64,000 bases of DNA from contig MU053493.1 of the NCBI GenBank assembly GCA_013239625.1, positions 815,793 to 879,792 of the forward strand, written 5' to 3'. The notes beneath the pieces are model-generated. The model was not told the DNA's origin. It did no database searches and worked only from the letters and a program-made list of their open reading frames with translations. The number at the start of each line of letters is the position of its first letter. Position 1 is the stretch's first letter. This document shows, one piece after another, positions 11,270-25,340 of the stretch. The position numbers and the translations under genes are program-made. This DNA comes from Lama guanicoe. Taxonomy: Eukaryota.

Positions 11270-13370
11270 ATAGGAGTGAATATGAATGTTCTTTTTGATG
11301 AACAGTTCTATCAAGCCTATGGTTTTTAACAAAAGTATAGATTTATGTAATCACACAACAACCAGGATAAAGAACAGTGTCATCACTGCCCCAAATAACC
11401 TCACCTTATCTCTTTATAGCCCCCTTCTCCTCTTAATGGCCACCTACCTCCTTTATATAACACTGTGTTTTGTCTTCTCTCAAATGTCACATAAATGCAA
11501 TCAGACAGTGTATCATCTTTTGGACTACCTTCTTCAACTAGCATAATCTCTTTAAGATCCATTATGATTGTTGTGTGAATCAAGTTTGTTTCTTTTTATC
11601 AATGAGTAGTATACATTTCCTGAAAGATAGTTACACTTGATATGATTAACAATTCTTTTCTTTAGGACTTGATAAAATGTTGTGACCTTTCTTTCCTGTC
11701 TCCATGGTTTCAGATGGGAATTCCACTGTCATTCAAATTACTTACAGGTAATGTGTCAGTTCTCTCTGCCTACTTTAAACATTATATATATATATAAAAT
11801 ATTAGTCTTGAGTTTCCACAAATTTAATTATGATGTGTCCTGGTACAGATTTCTTTCTACTTACTCTATTTGGAATGTAATAAACTTGAATCTGTGAGTT
11901 TATTTCTTTCACCAAGTTTGTGTGACTTTTAGCCATTATTTTTTCAAATACTCTTTCAGGTTTACTCCTCCTCTGAAAATATCAATGTTGAATGTTGTAT
12001 TATTGTCCTGCAGGTCCCTGAGTTTCTTTTCATTATTTTTGGTCTGTTTACTCTATTGTGTAGGTTAGATGAATTCAGTTCTCATATCCACTGATTATAA
12101 CCTTGGTCACCTCCACTCTACTAGTGAGCTCACCCAACAAGATTTTATTGCTGTTTTTTTTTATAATCATTTTACAATGTGGTGTCAAATTCCATTGTTC
12201 AGCACAATTTTTTAGTCATACATGGACATATACACACTCATTGTCACATTTTTTTCTCAGTGATTTATCATAACATTTTGTTTTTTTTTTTCTGTTCCAT
12301 TCTTCCATTGTTCTTATTTGTTTTTCACAACTTCTACTTTTTTGCTGGGATTTTCTATTTTTGAATTTATTTCAATGTTTTTTAATTTCTTGTTGAATCA
12401 TTTAATGCTGGTTGCTTTAAAATAATTGTCTGATAATTCTAACATCTGATTCATCTCTGTGTTGGCATCAGTTGAGTTTTTGTCCTTTAAGTTTCTGTTT
12501 GTTTCTTGTTCATTTTTTTGATATTAATTTAAAAGATCTGGATTCTTTTTTTATTATTATTTTAGTAGACATTCACCATTTTAGGCTTATCATGGCAGTC
12601 CTGCCCCAATTTTGGGGATTTAGTTTCAATGGCAATCTAATGTTCAGTCTTTGCACTGACATTTTGGTTTGTTTGGTGTTATCTCATTCCACTAGAGCTG
12701 TCCTGGGCCCCAGTAGTTCTGCTTGAGAATGAAGAAGGGACCTCCTCACCTGGGTTGCCTGGTGTCTCTCAGTGGTTGAAGGGAAACTCTGGTATGCAGG
12801 GACAAAGTGGTGGTGTGATGTGCCCCCTTTCCTGTGCCCCTGGCTGAATGGGCTCTCCCAGTGGGGGAGGGGACTGTCAGACCTTGATGGAAAGGCATGC
12901 ACTTTCCAGGTTGGTTTTCTTGTTGTAACAATTCCCCTTGTTAGTGTCCCAGGACCATGTATTTGGGGAGAGAAGAAATGGGTCGAGAGGTGGGTAGGGG
13001 TCTCAGTGTTGCTGGAAAAGGAGAGCTCTTATCCTAGATAACCTGCTGTTAACAAAGTTTCTAATCAATTGACCTCCTTACCACCTTGTTAGCTCCCCTG
13101 GGCTCACCTAGTGTGAGTGGCAGGATTCCCATTTGATCCTGAGGAGGAATAAGCCTACCTGGGTTTCCTTATGTTGCTACACTGAGGATTGGGAAACTCT
13201 GGGTCTGGATCATCTCTCTTGTTGGATAGAGTTTACTTTATAGTTTGTTCCTCAAGACTGGGGGTCCCTGACCATTCTGCCTTTCTTTGACCACCTTGCA
13301 GAGTTCTCCTTTATTTGTTCCTTTTATTATTTCTAATGTTTATAATTGCTCTTATTGGGAGGAGCAGAGA
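11270..13370 (-). mobile_element. Highly decayed old L1 fragments (3'UTR, ORF1 and 5' pieces)
   Basis: T-rich text resembling antisense L1M ORF1 (caccaagtttg...ttttagccattattttttcaaata); boundaries approximate. Confidence 0.55.
12154..12280 (-). mobile_element. Very short 5'-truncated young L1 3' end
   Basis: Nearly identical to 38560-38685 (tcaaattcca.tgttcagcacaatt...tcataacattttg). Confidence 0.8.
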
Positions 13371-13579
13371 GAGATGAGTCAACCCAAAGCCCTGAGTTTC
13401 TCTGTTCCAATTTTTAAAATAAGAATAAAGTCCCTGGGTCTGGCAAAGAAATGTCTGGCACTGACGGCCTCTTTCCATTTTCTAAATTAGGGTCCATCCT
13501 AGAGACTCAGAGGTTATATAATGAAAGAGAACACAAATACATTGAGGGATGCAAGCATATTGAGGAAACACAAGTTCTT

Positions 13580-14095
13580 TCTCTGAATTTTTATCCCATC
13601 AATATCCCAAGAAGTCCTGTACCTTGGATGGGAATATCCAATTCCCCTTTCAATGACTGGATATTGACACAGAGTTAGTGGTACCTCCTGGGATCTCCAA
13701 ATACCATTTGTCTCCACTGGTCAGAGTGAGTATTCTTGGGGACCAGGTGGCAAATACAGTTTTGACTTCAGTTTTCCTCATGTGATGCCCTGTAGGTATG
13801 TCGTGTAGTTGCTAATAAAATTAAGATAAATCCTGATAAAATTCAGGAGCCTACAATCTTGGAAGTTCTGGATAGCCTACTGGATACCCAAGCAAATTAG
13901 GATAAACTTCCCAAAATGGAAAACAAATTTTGTTTTAAGTTCCTGACTTCTAAGAAATAAGCCTCTCATTTGTGGGCATCTTTGAATTTTGGAGGAAAGA
14001 TAAAACTATTGGGGGTATTATGCTGATCCCCATAGTAAATGGTCTAAATATATCCAGATGTGGGTGGGTCTCAGAGCAGAAGAGGGTTCTCCAGT
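13580..14095 (+). mobile_element. Ancient ERVL pro/pol remnant
   Basis: Decayed motifs KINPDKIQEP, FVGIFEFWR and EQKRVLQ resemble ERVL RT (EINPTKIQGP, LVGLFGFWR, EQEKALQ). Confidence 0.6.
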
Positions 14096-14109
14096 GAGAG
14101 CCAGAGAGG

Positions 14110-14330
14110 AATGCATTCAGGTCCCACCATTTTGTGTGATCCTGGACAAATCTCTTAGTCTACCCTACTTTGGTTTCCTCACTGGTAAACTGGGAATAAA
14201 AATAATACCATTTTTTAAGGTTTTTAGGAAAGTTATAAGAAATAGCCCATGCAAAATATTTAGAGTCTGAAATATATTTTCAAGAAATGTCAGTCCCTTT
14301 ACTCATATTATCATTATCATAATTATTTTT
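14110..14330 (+). mobile_element. MIR SINE
   Basis: tgtgtgatcctggacaaatctctta...ggtttcctcactggtaaactgggaataa core. Confidence 0.75.
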
Positions 14331-14399
14331 GTAATTGTTACTATGTGGTTGAATAAGAAAAATGAAGCTTGCTTTAATTTGGCTGGGTATTTTGATTTC

Positions 14400-14750
14400 A
14401 GGTATGTTCTATCAATCTGTGGCTCACCCTTGTCACTCTTGTAATGGTGTCTTCTGCTACAGAAATTATGTATTTTCTTGAATTGAACATTAACAATCCT
14501 TTCTTTTTGGCATAATTGTTTTTGTGTGTAAGATATTATTCTATGATACTTTCTAGGAACTAGTTTTAACTTTCATGTTTTGCTCTATAAATCATCTGGA
14601 ATTGATTTCTGTGTATAGTTTGTGATTAGGTTCAAGATTCCTTTTTTATCCATTTGGATACTCAGTGAATTCAGTGCAATTTACTGCAAAGACAATCTTT
14701 CCCCCATTATACTATGGTGACAAAGATGATGGATGGATGGATGGATGATG

Positions 14751-14805
<55 letters not shown>

Positions 14806-16180
14806 TTGTGTCTTTTTAAAATCTCTTGTTACTTCAATCTTTTTGTCCATTTTTGTGCCAAAATTGTATTTTGTTAATACTTATAGCTTTTAAATAAGAC
14901 TCTATATCCAATGGATAAACTCCCCAACTTTGTTGAAGATGTTCTTGGTTTTTCTTATGTCCTTACAAGATTCAGCTTATAAATTTCCACAAATGGCCTG
15001 CTAGGATTTTGACACTTTAATTGAATCTATAGATCAACTTAGGGAGAACTGACATCTTTACAGCACTGTGTCATCCAATTTTGGTCCACGGTTTATTTCT
15101 ATAATGATTTAGGTCTTTTTCAGTAGTGTTATTGAGCTCTCCATGCAGTTTTCTTGCACATCTTTCTTTTCTTTCTCTTTTTTGTTTTATTGAAATATAA
15201 CTAACAGAATAGAGTCCACAAATCTGAATTGTACAACTGGATTAGTTTTCAGATATCCAGGTACATATGTAATCACCATTTAGAACAGGCTGTAAGATAT
15301 TTTCAGCACCCCGGTAGAAATTTTGAGCTCCTTCTTAGTTGATACCCAGACAAAGGTAACCACTATTCTCACATCCACCAGCAGAGATGCCATTGTTTTT
15401 TGAATTTTGTATAAATTGAAGCACACAGGATGTATCTTTTTGAGTATGGCCTTTTTCAATCAAATTTACATCTGTGATATTCATGCACAATGTTGTGTGT
15501 TTCAGGGTTTAATGCTTATAATTTTGTTGTACTTCATGTTGTTAATATACCTATTTACCTATTCTATTAATCAACCCTTGTGTTATTTCCATTTGGGGCT
15601 CTTATGAATAATGCAGCTATAATCATTTTTGTACATGTCATTTGGTAAGCATAAGCACTTTCAATTCTGGTTATATAACCCTCAGACTGCTGGATGGCAT
15701 CATTTTTCTACCTGCTTAACCATCTATCATCTATCTATTTGGCACTTCCTGTTATAATGTATCTATATGGTTGGTGTACATGGTTGGTACTGGGCACTTA
15801 TTACCAACATGGTGTCCCTATTCACATGTCCACCAGAAATACATAGATTTTAGCCATTATTGTGATTAGACAGTAAAGTATCTGTTCAAGTATATTGGAC
15901 TCATATTTTGCTCACTTTATATTAGATTGTTAACATTTTCATAATGATTTGTAAAATTTCTTGTTATAGTTTAGGTAAGAGTGCTTTGTTGATTTTGTCC
16001 CTGTATGTGGCTTGCCTTTTTCATTCTTGCAATATTGTGCTTTGCTAAATGGAAATTCTTGATTTTGATAAAGTCAGATTTATTATTTTTTTTATAGTTG
16101 GTGGTGTTATGACCTATTTAAGAAATCTCCTTGCTCTAAACACATAAAGATATTTTCCTCTGTTTTCTTTGAGAAATATA
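14400..16180 (-). mobile_element. Old L1 (L1ME/MC-like) ORF2 and 3' fragments
   Basis: ttgaatctatagatcaacttagggagaactgacatcttta and similar antisense ORF2 text. Confidence 0.65.
14725..14804. repeat. (GGAT)n(AGAT)n compound microsatellite
   Basis: Seen directly. Confidence 0.95.
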
Positions 16181-16259
16181 TATTTTTCAACTATTTGAGT
16201 AGTTTGACCCTTTAAGCTGCTTGGAAATTATTCATTTACTCTCCAGAAAATCCTTTGAG

Positions 16260-16392
16260 AAATAGGGTCCCAGTTATCTAACTGTTCTGAGGACACCTCT
16301 GCAACAAGAATGACAGGTGATTTTGTGTTTTAAAACCAGGGAACTTCCTCATGGAAATTTGTAATGAAATGGACAGACCTGGCCAAAGACAA

Positions 16393-16427
<35 letters not shown>

Positions 16428-16700
16428 CCATTATGAAGAACTTTTGAAATCCTCAAACGTACTTTTCTTGAAACCAAATTGGAGAACTATATAAAATCTC
16501 CAAAACTGAATGGAACACCTATTTCTCTCATTATTATGAGCCTTTGAAATATATTTAGGAGGCTTACATTATGTGTCATAAAATAGGGTCATAAGACTGA
16601 CTGAAGCAAACACAGACTAAGGAAAGAAAACTGGGCTTCTGAAGCCTCAGGCTCTCCTTCCATGGCTTGTTAGTCTCAGACTTCACTTCCAGCACTAAAA
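16260..16700 (+). mobile_element. Possible ancient ERV1-type gag (matrix) remnant, split by (AT)n at 16396-16426
   Basis: GSQLSNCSEDT, KWTDLAKDN...PL*RTFEILK and TEWNTYF resemble MER-class ERV1 gag N-termini. Confidence 0.4.
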
Positions 16701-16824
16701 TACTCCCTCTTCCTTTATTCCGTCACCACCTCTATACCCTCAGTACTTCCATGGTAAGTATCTCACCAAACTTTCCATTTCCTCTGAAATTTTCCCCATA
16801 TAGTATTCCTCCGAACCTGTCAGA

Positions 16825-19800
16825 TTTTTTTTTCATTTTTTTATTTGGTTATAGTCATTTTAGAATGTTGTGTTAGATTCCAGTGTAGAGCAATATTTTT
16901 CAGTTATACATGAACATATATATATATATATATATATATCCATTGTCACATTTCTTTTCTGCTGTGAGCTACCACAAGATCTTGTATATATTTCCCTGTG
17001 CTATACAGTATAATCTTGTTATCTATCATGTATATGAATGTAAGTATCTACAAATTTTGAAATCCCACTCTATCCCTTCCCACATCCTGCACTGTTGGCA
17101 ACCACAAGTTTGTATTCTATGCCTATGACTCTGTTTCTGTATTGTATTGTATTTATTTATTTATTTATTTAGATTCCAATATAAGCGATCTCATATGGTA
17201 TTTTTCTTTCTCTTTCTGGCTTACCTCACTTAGAATGACATTCCCCAGGAGCATCCATGTTGCTGCAAATGGCATTATGTTGTCATTTTTATGGCTGAAT
17301 AGTATTCCATTGTATAAATATACCACTGCTTCTTTATCCAGCCATCTGTTGATAGACATTTAGGCTATTTCCATGTCTTGGCTATTGTAAATAGTGCTGC
17401 TATGAACATATGGGTGCAGCTGTCTTTTTGAAGTAGGGTTCCTTCTGGATACATACACAGGAGTAGGATTCCTGGCTCATACGATAAGTCTATTCCTAGT
17501 CTTTTGAGGAATCTCCATACTGTTTCCCACAGTAGTTGCACCAAGCTGTATTACTACCAGCAGTGTAGGAAGATATCCTTTTCTCCACAGCCTCTCCACC
17601 ATTTGTCATTTGTGGACTTCTGAATGATGGCCATTCTGACTGGTGTGAGGTGATACCTCACTGTAGTTTTGATTTGCATTTCTCTGATAATTAGTGATAT
17701 TGAACTTTTTTTTCATGCATCTATTGATCATTAGTATGTCTTCCTTGGAGAATTGTTTGTTTATGACTTTTGCCCATTTTTGGATTGGGTTCTTTGTTTT
17801 CTTCTTCTTGAGTCGATGAACTGTTTATGTATTCTGGAGATCAAGCCATTGTCGGTTTCATTTGCAAAAACTATTTCCCATTCTGTAGATTGTCTTTTTG
17901 TTTTACTTATGGTTTCCTTTGCTGTGCAGAAGCTTGTAAGTTTCATTAGGTCCCATTGGTTTATTCTTGGTTTTATTTCTTCTAGGAGAAAATTTTTGAG
18001 ATGTATGTCACATAAGGCTTTGCCTATATTTTCCTCTAGGAGGTTTATTGTATCTTGTCTTATGTTTAAGACTTTGATCCATTTTGAGTTGAATCTTGTG
18101 TATGGTGTAAGGGAGCATTCTAGCCTCATTGATTTACATGCTGCTGTCCAGTTTTCCCAACACCATTTGCTGAAGAGACTGTCTTTATTCCACTGTATAT
18201 TCTTGCCTCCTTTGTTGAAGATGAGTTGACCAAAAGTTTGTAGGTTCATTTCTGGGCTCTCTGCTCTATTCCATTGGTCTATATGTCTGTTTTTGTACCA
18301 ATACCATGCTGTCTTGATGACTGTAGCTCTATAGTATTGTCTGAAGTCTGGGAGAGTTATTTCTCCAGCCTCTTTCTTTCTCTTCAGTAATGCTTTGGCA
18401 ATTCCAGGTCTTTGATGGTTCCATATAAATTTTACTATGATTTGTTTTAGTTCTGTGAAATATGTCGGGGGTCATTTGATAGGGATTGCATTAAATCTGT
18501 AGATTACCTTGGGCAGTGTGACCATTTTAACAATATTGATTCTTCCAATCCTAGAGCATGGGATATCTTTCCATTTTTTAGTCTTCTTTAATTTCCTTCA
18601 TCAGTGGTTTACTGTTTTCTGTGTATAATTCTTTCACATCCTTGGTTAGATTTATTCCTAGATATTTTATTATTTTCAGTGCTATTTTAAAGGGGATTGT
18701 TTCCTTACATTCTTTTTCTGTTGACTCATTGTCAGTGTAAAAAAAATGCAACTGATTTGGGAACATTAAATTTGTAACCTGCTACCTTGCTGAATTCCTC
18801 AATCAGGTCTGGTAGTTTTTGTGTGGACCTTTTAGGATTTTCTATATATAGTAACATGTCATCGGTATATAGTGACACTTTTATCTCTTCTTTTCCAATT
18901 TGGATCCCTTTTATTTCTCTCTCTTTCCTGACTGCTGTGGCTAGGACTTACAGGACTATGTTAAATAAGAGTGGTGATAGTGGGCATCTTTGTCTTGTCC
19001 CAGATTTTAGTAGGAAGCTTTTGAGTTTTTCACTGTTGAGTACTATGCTGGCTGAAGGTTTGTCATATATGGCTTTTATTATTTTGAGATATGTTCCCTC
19101 TAAAACCACATTGGTGGGAGTTTTGATCATAAATGGGTGTTGAATTTTATCAAATGCTTTTTCTGCATCTATTCAGATGATCATGTGGTTTTTGTTCTTT
19201 TTCTTGTTGATAGGATGAATTACATTGATTAATTTCCATATATTGAACCACCGTGTGTTGCTTGGATGAACCGCATTTGATCATGATGTATAATCTTTTT
19301 TATCTGTTGCTGGATTCTATTTGCTAATATTTTGGTGTGGATTTGTGCATCTATCTTCATCAGTGATATTGGTCTGCAATTCTCTCTTTTGGTAGTGTCT
19401 TTGCCTGGTTTTGGTATCTGGGTGATGGTAGCTTCATAGAATGAGTTTTGGAGTGTCCCTCTCTTCAAACTTCTGGAAGAGTTTCAGAAGAACTGGTATG
19501 AGTTCTTCTTTATATATTTGGTAGAATTCCCTGGTGATGCCATCCAGTCCTGGACTTTTATTTGTAGGGAGGGATTTTTTAATTGCTAATTCGATTTAAT
19601 TTCTAGTTATCAGTTTTTTCAAGTGGTCAGTTTCATCTTTTCTCAAGGTATTTCTTAATTTCGGCTTTGATTTCCTCATTTACCCATTGGTTTTTTAATA
19701 ACATATTGTTTAATCTCCATGCTTTCCTTTGCTTTTCTCCTTTGTTTCTCTGTTGTTGATGTGTAGTTTTATGGCATAGTGGTCAGTAAAGATGCTTGAG

Positions 19801-22800
19801 ATAATTTCTATCTTCTTAAAATTGTTGAGGTTTCTTCTGTGACCAATACATGATCAATGCTAGAAAATGTACCATGTGCACTTGAAAAGAATGTATATCC
19901 TATTTTTGGGGGGTGTAATGCTCTGAAAATATCCAACAAATCTACTTCTTCTGTTGTATTATTTAATTTCTCTGTTGCCTTATTTATTTTCTGTCTGAAA
20001 CATTAGTCTAGTGATGTTAATGTGGTTTTAAAATCTCCAACTATGATTGTATTCCCATCAATATCCCCCTTTATCTCTGTTAGTAATTGTTTTATGTACT
20101 TAGGTGCTCCTATACTGGGTGCATATATATTAATGAGTGTAATATCCTCATCTTATATCACTCCTTTAATCATTATAAAATGTCCTTGTTTATCTTTCTA
20201 TATGGCCCTTGTTTTAAAGTCTATTTTGTCTGAAATCAGTACTGCAACATCTGCGTTTTTGGCTTTTCCATTTGCATGGAATATCCTTTTGCACCCTTTC
20301 ACTCTCAATCTACATGTGTCCTTCTCCCTAAAGTGGGTCTCTTGTATGCAGCACACTGACAGTTCTTGATTTATTATCCAGTCTGCCAGTCAATGTCTTT
20401 TGATGGGATCATTTAGTCCATTAACACTTATGGTAATTAATGATAGATTTGTGTCTATTGCCATTTTGAACTTATATTTGCCATTGATTTGAAAATTTCC
20501 TCTTTCTTCCTTTCTTTCTTCTTTTGTGGCTTGGTCATTTTCCTTTGTATTATCATGAATTTTATTTAGTTTTTGTGACTCCCTTGTAAGTTTTTGGCTT
20601 GTGGTTACCCTTTTTGTAAGTCTATTAACCTATTACCATAACTGTTTGTACTAAACTGATAGTAATCTAATCTCAAACCCATCCTACTGAGAAGAAAAAA
20701 ATTAAAATAAAAAGAAAGAAAAAATACTCTATATTTTCTTGCTTCCCTCTCCCAGTCTTAATGATTTAGATGTCTTCTTTTACAATTTTGTGTTTATTCT
20801 ATTTGTAATTCATGGTAGTTATCACCTTTCCAGTTATGAGTTTCTCATTTTTGTAGCATCCTCCTTCTTTTCTATTTAGAGTAGACCTTTCATATTTGTT
20901 TTAGCATGGGTTTAGTGTTGCTAAACTCTTGTAGGTTTTTCCTGTCTGTGAAATTCTTTATCTCTCCTTCTACCCTGAAGGATAGCCTTGCTGGATAAAG
21001 TATCCTAGGCTCATCAGTTTTTCATTCAGGACTTTGAATATATCTTGCCACTCCCTTCTGGCCTGTAGTATTTGTGTAGAGAAATCAGCTGAGAGCTTTA
21101 TGGGGGTTCTTTTGTAATTCACTCTTGTTTTTCTCTTGCTGCCTTTAGGATCATTTCTTTATCCTTGACTCTGGCCATCTTGATTATAATATGTCTTGGT
21201 GTGTGTCTATTTGGGTTCTTCCTGTTTGGGACCCTCTGAGCTTCCTGTACTTGGATATCTGATTCCTTCTTTAGGTTTGGGAATCTTTCAGTTATGATTT
21301 CTTCCAATACCTTTTCAATCCCCTTTGTCGTTCTTCCCATTCTGGAACCCCTATTATGCATAGATTGGTATGATTGTTATTATCCCAAAGGTCCCATAGA
21401 TTGTTTTCATTGTTTTTGATTTGTTTTTCTCTCAGCTGTTCTGATTGGGTGCTTTCTGTTTCTAGGTCACTTATTTTTTCCTCTGCATTATCTAGCCTGC
21501 TTTCTACGGCCTTTAGATCAGTTCTCATTCAGCCAATGAGTTTACCCACTCTACATGGCTCTTCTTTATAGCTTCATTTTCATTTTGACAGATTTTATAT
21601 GTCTAAACACTATCACTTTTAGTTCCTTCAGTACTTTGATCATTCTTTTTTTGAAATCTTTATCTTGCAGGACTTCAACGTCTATTTCATTGATCGTACT
21701 CTCAGAGGATTTCTCTCGCTCTTTTAACTGGGAGTGGTTCCTCTGCTTCTTCATCTTGCTCATATCTCTATGGCACTGTGGCTTATGAACTATCAGTTAT
21801 CTATTGTGGTTCTTAAATGGTTTATTTATTTATCTATCTAAAGCCTATGCAGTAATAAAACTTACAACGAGAGAGAGAGAATTTTAAAGAAAAGGAGACA
21901 AAAAGGTTTGAAAACAGTGTGTAATCAATAATAGAAGAGCATGTTGAAGCAGAAAAGCAATTGAGTTGAACGTCTTTTAAAAACCTTAAAAAAAAAAGGA
22001 GAAAAGGACAGGAAACAACATTTGAGACCTGTGAATAATCAATAAAAGGAGATCAAAACCAAGAGAATTAAAAATGAAATGAGATGGATTTTTTAAATAA
22101 TAATAATAAAAAGATTTTAAAAGAAAAATTTTAAAGGGGTTAAAACTGTAAACATATACAACTATTTAAAAAGTAAATATTAAAAGGTAATAGAAAATAA
22201 AACATATAAAAAAGTTAAAAAAAAAGATATGTTCTCCTGGAGACTGTACACTCTTAATGGTTTTATTGAGAAGTCTTTCTGTCTTGACCCTGTTTCCTTA
22301 ACTGCACTTGCTGTTTTCAGAGGCCCTCCATTGGCGCCCTCGTCTGTGCTACTCCCAGTGCTTGTCAGCAAGAAGATCGCGTCCCCTCCCAATACTGGGT
22401 CAGGTGCTGCTCTCTGCGGTGGGCAGGCAGGTCACTCCCCTTCCTGATGCTGCATTCAGATGCAGTGCTCAGGGGAGGCAGGCGGGTGGAACGTGCCCCC
22501 TCTCAGCACCACGATCTGGTGCTGCATTCCTGCCAGGAAGGCAGGTGCCCACCAGAACTCTCCCAGAGCCTGTCACTCCGCTGCTCTGTGCAGATGCCTG
22601 CTCTGCCTCGGGTTGGCCCTCTATAGGTGGGCTTGGGGAAGACCGCAGAACTTCCCCATCCCTGCTCCGTTCCAAAACTCAGCTCCTTGTTTGTCTTGGC
22701 AGTGCATGCTCTCTGAGGTACAGGGCAGAAATATCCTATCTGCCTTGGGCTGTAAACAAGTCTCAGTCCTGCCTAGGAGGCTGCAGAGCCCCCAGGTGCT

Positions 22801-25340
22801 GATTCAGGTCTCAGCCCCTCCCCCTCCTAGGCACTAAGTACAAGAGGGTACAGTGGCTGTAGCTGCATCCCACCTCTCCTCCCCTGAGAAGCACCAGTAT
22901 GGTACCGTGGGTCTGAGGAGACAAAGGCTATGGTACCCCTCACCCCAGGGCACATCAGCAGTGTTGCTTTGCTGTTTTTTACCATAATTTATGGGGAGCC
23001 CATTTTGTTCTGCTCTGTATCCCCTTCCAGTCATGATGCACAGCACCGTGCAGTCCCCCGGGCACCCTCAGTGCAGCCACCCCAGTCCTCCACCTGGCTC
23101 TGGCAGCCTGTCCTGACCCCTGGCTGCCGGCCCGCGTCTTGGGCTGGGTGTCATAGGGAGCCTTTGTGTCTGTTTAACTTGGTTCTGTCAGTCAAGTTGT
23201 GCTTCAGGCAGATCTCTGCCTCGGAGGCTCTTCCTCTGTCCCGCTGGCTTCTCCATTGGAGAGGGGGAAGTTCAGCAAATGAGTGCTGGCCCTCCTTTGC
23301 TACTCTCTCCCCGTGGGACCAGTCCCACACTGCTTAGCTTTTTCTTCTTTCTTTTTTCCTTTTCTCTTACCAGATTTTTGGCATCTTTGTCTTTTGAAGA
23401 GGGTGATGTTCTGTCAGAGTTCAGCAGGTGTTCTGGTTGGCTGAGTGGGTCTGTAAATGTGAATTTTGTTGCATTTGTGGGAGATGGTGAGCTACGAGCA
23501 TCCTTTTACTCCTCCACTTTTCTTAGATCTTGGTCAGTTTCTTCTTGATTCAATCTTGGTGGACTGTATGTTTCCAGAAACTTGTCCAACTCCTCTAGGT
23601 TATCCAGTTTGTTTCCATATAGTTTTTCATAAAATTCTCAAGTTATAATCTGTATTTCTATGTTATTTGTTGTAATTTCTCCATTTTTCTCTCTTATTTT
23701 GCTAATTGTGCTCTCTTTTTTCTTCTTTGTGAGTTTGGCCAGAGGTTTGTCGATTTTATTTACTTTTTCAAAAATCCAGCTTTTGGCTTGATTGATTTTT
23801 TCTGTTTTTTAAATCTGTATTTTATTTATTTCTTCCCTAATCTTTATAATTTCCTTCCTTCTGCTGCCTTTTGGGATTTTTGTTCTTGTTTTGTAGTTCA
23901 TTCAGCTGGTTGGTTAAATTGTTTGTTCGAGATTGTCCTTCTTTTATGAGGAAGGCCTGTATCACTATAAACTTCTCTCTTAGCACTGCCTTTGCTGTGT
24001 CCCATAAATTTTGTGTGGTTGTGCTTTCATTTTCAATGTCTCAAGGTATTTTTTAATTTCAGCTTTGATTTCCACATTGACCCATGGGTTTTTTAATGAA
24101 ATGTTGTTTAATCTCCATGCTTTCCTTTGCTTTTCTCCTTTGTTTCTCTGTTGTTGGTTTGTAGTTTTATGACATTGTGGTCAGTAAAGATGCTTGAGAA
24201 AATTTCTATCTTCTTAAAATTGTTGAGGTTTCTTTTGTGCCCAAGTACATGATCAATCCTAGAAAATATTCCATGTGTACTTGAAAGGAATATATATCCT
24301 ATTTTGGGGGGTGTAATGCTCTGAAAATATCCACCAAATCTAATGCTTCTATTGTATTATTTAATTTCTCTGTTACCTCATTTATTTTCTGTCAGAAAGA
24401 TCTGTCTAGCGATGTTAATGCGGTTTTAAAATCTCCAACAATGATTGTAATCCCATCAATATCCCCCTTTATCTCTGTTAGTAATTGTTTTATGTACTTA
24501 GGTGCTCCTTTGTTGGGTGCATAGACATTAACAAGTGTAATAGCCTCATCTTGTATCACTCGTTTAATCATTATAAAATATCCTTCTTTATGGATTTTGA
24601 TTTAAAGTCTATTTTGTCTGAGATCATTACTGCAACCCCTGCTTTTTTGGCTTTTCCATTTGCATGGAATATCCTTTTAATTCCTTTCACTCTCAATCTA
24701 AATGTGTCCTTCACCCTAAAGTGGATCTCTTGTATGCAGCACACTGAAGGTTCTTGTTTTATTATCCAGTCTGCCACTCTATGTCTTTTGACTGGAGCAT
24801 TTAGTCCATTAACATTTACAGTAATTAATGTCATATGTGTGTTTATTGCCATTTTGAACTTACTTTTGCAGTTGATTTGGTATTTCCTCTCTGTTCCTTT
24901 CTTCTTTCTTTTGTGGTTTGGTAATTTTCCTTAGTATTATCGTGGATTTTATTTAGTTTTTGTGACTCTCTTGTAAGTTTTTGGCTTGTGGTTACCCTTT
25001 TTTGTAAGTCAATTAATACATTACTATAACTTTTAGTATGAAACATATAGTGATATAAGCCCAAATGCATCCTACCAAAAACAAAATAATTAAAAAAGAA
25101 GGAAATACTCTATATTTTCTTGCTCCCCCCTCCCACTCTTTGTATTTAGATGTCTTTTTTTACAATTTTGTTTTTACTCTATTTGTAATTCATGGTAGTT
25201 ATCACCTTTCCAGGTATGAGTTTCTCATTTCTGTAGCATCCTGCTGCTTTTCTATTTAGAGTAGATCTTTCAATATTTGTTTTATCATGGGTTCAGTGTT
25301 GCTTAACTCTTCTAGTTTTTGCTTGTATGTGAAATTCTTC
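16825..25340 (-). mobile_element. Young L1 'A' (3'UTR, ORF2, end of ORF1), interrupted by L1 'B' at 19640-23530 and cut off by L1 'C'
   Basis: PolyT at 16825; RT motif [21 protein letters not shown]2 start MAINTHM at 24852; sequence resumes in register at 23531. Confidence 0.9.
19640..23530 (-). mobile_element. L1 'B': full 5'UTR, ORF1 and endonuclease region only, 3'-truncated, TSD-flanked
   Basis: TSD tggtcagtttcatctt (19624-19639) / tggtcagtttcttctt (23531-23546); ORF1 MSKMKKQRN at 21763; GC-rich 5'UTR at ~22230-23530. Confidence 0.88.

Noticed and set aside
16745..16760. Strong donor ATG|GTAAGT
   Set aside because: Isolated and close to a probable ERV remnant; no partner exon.
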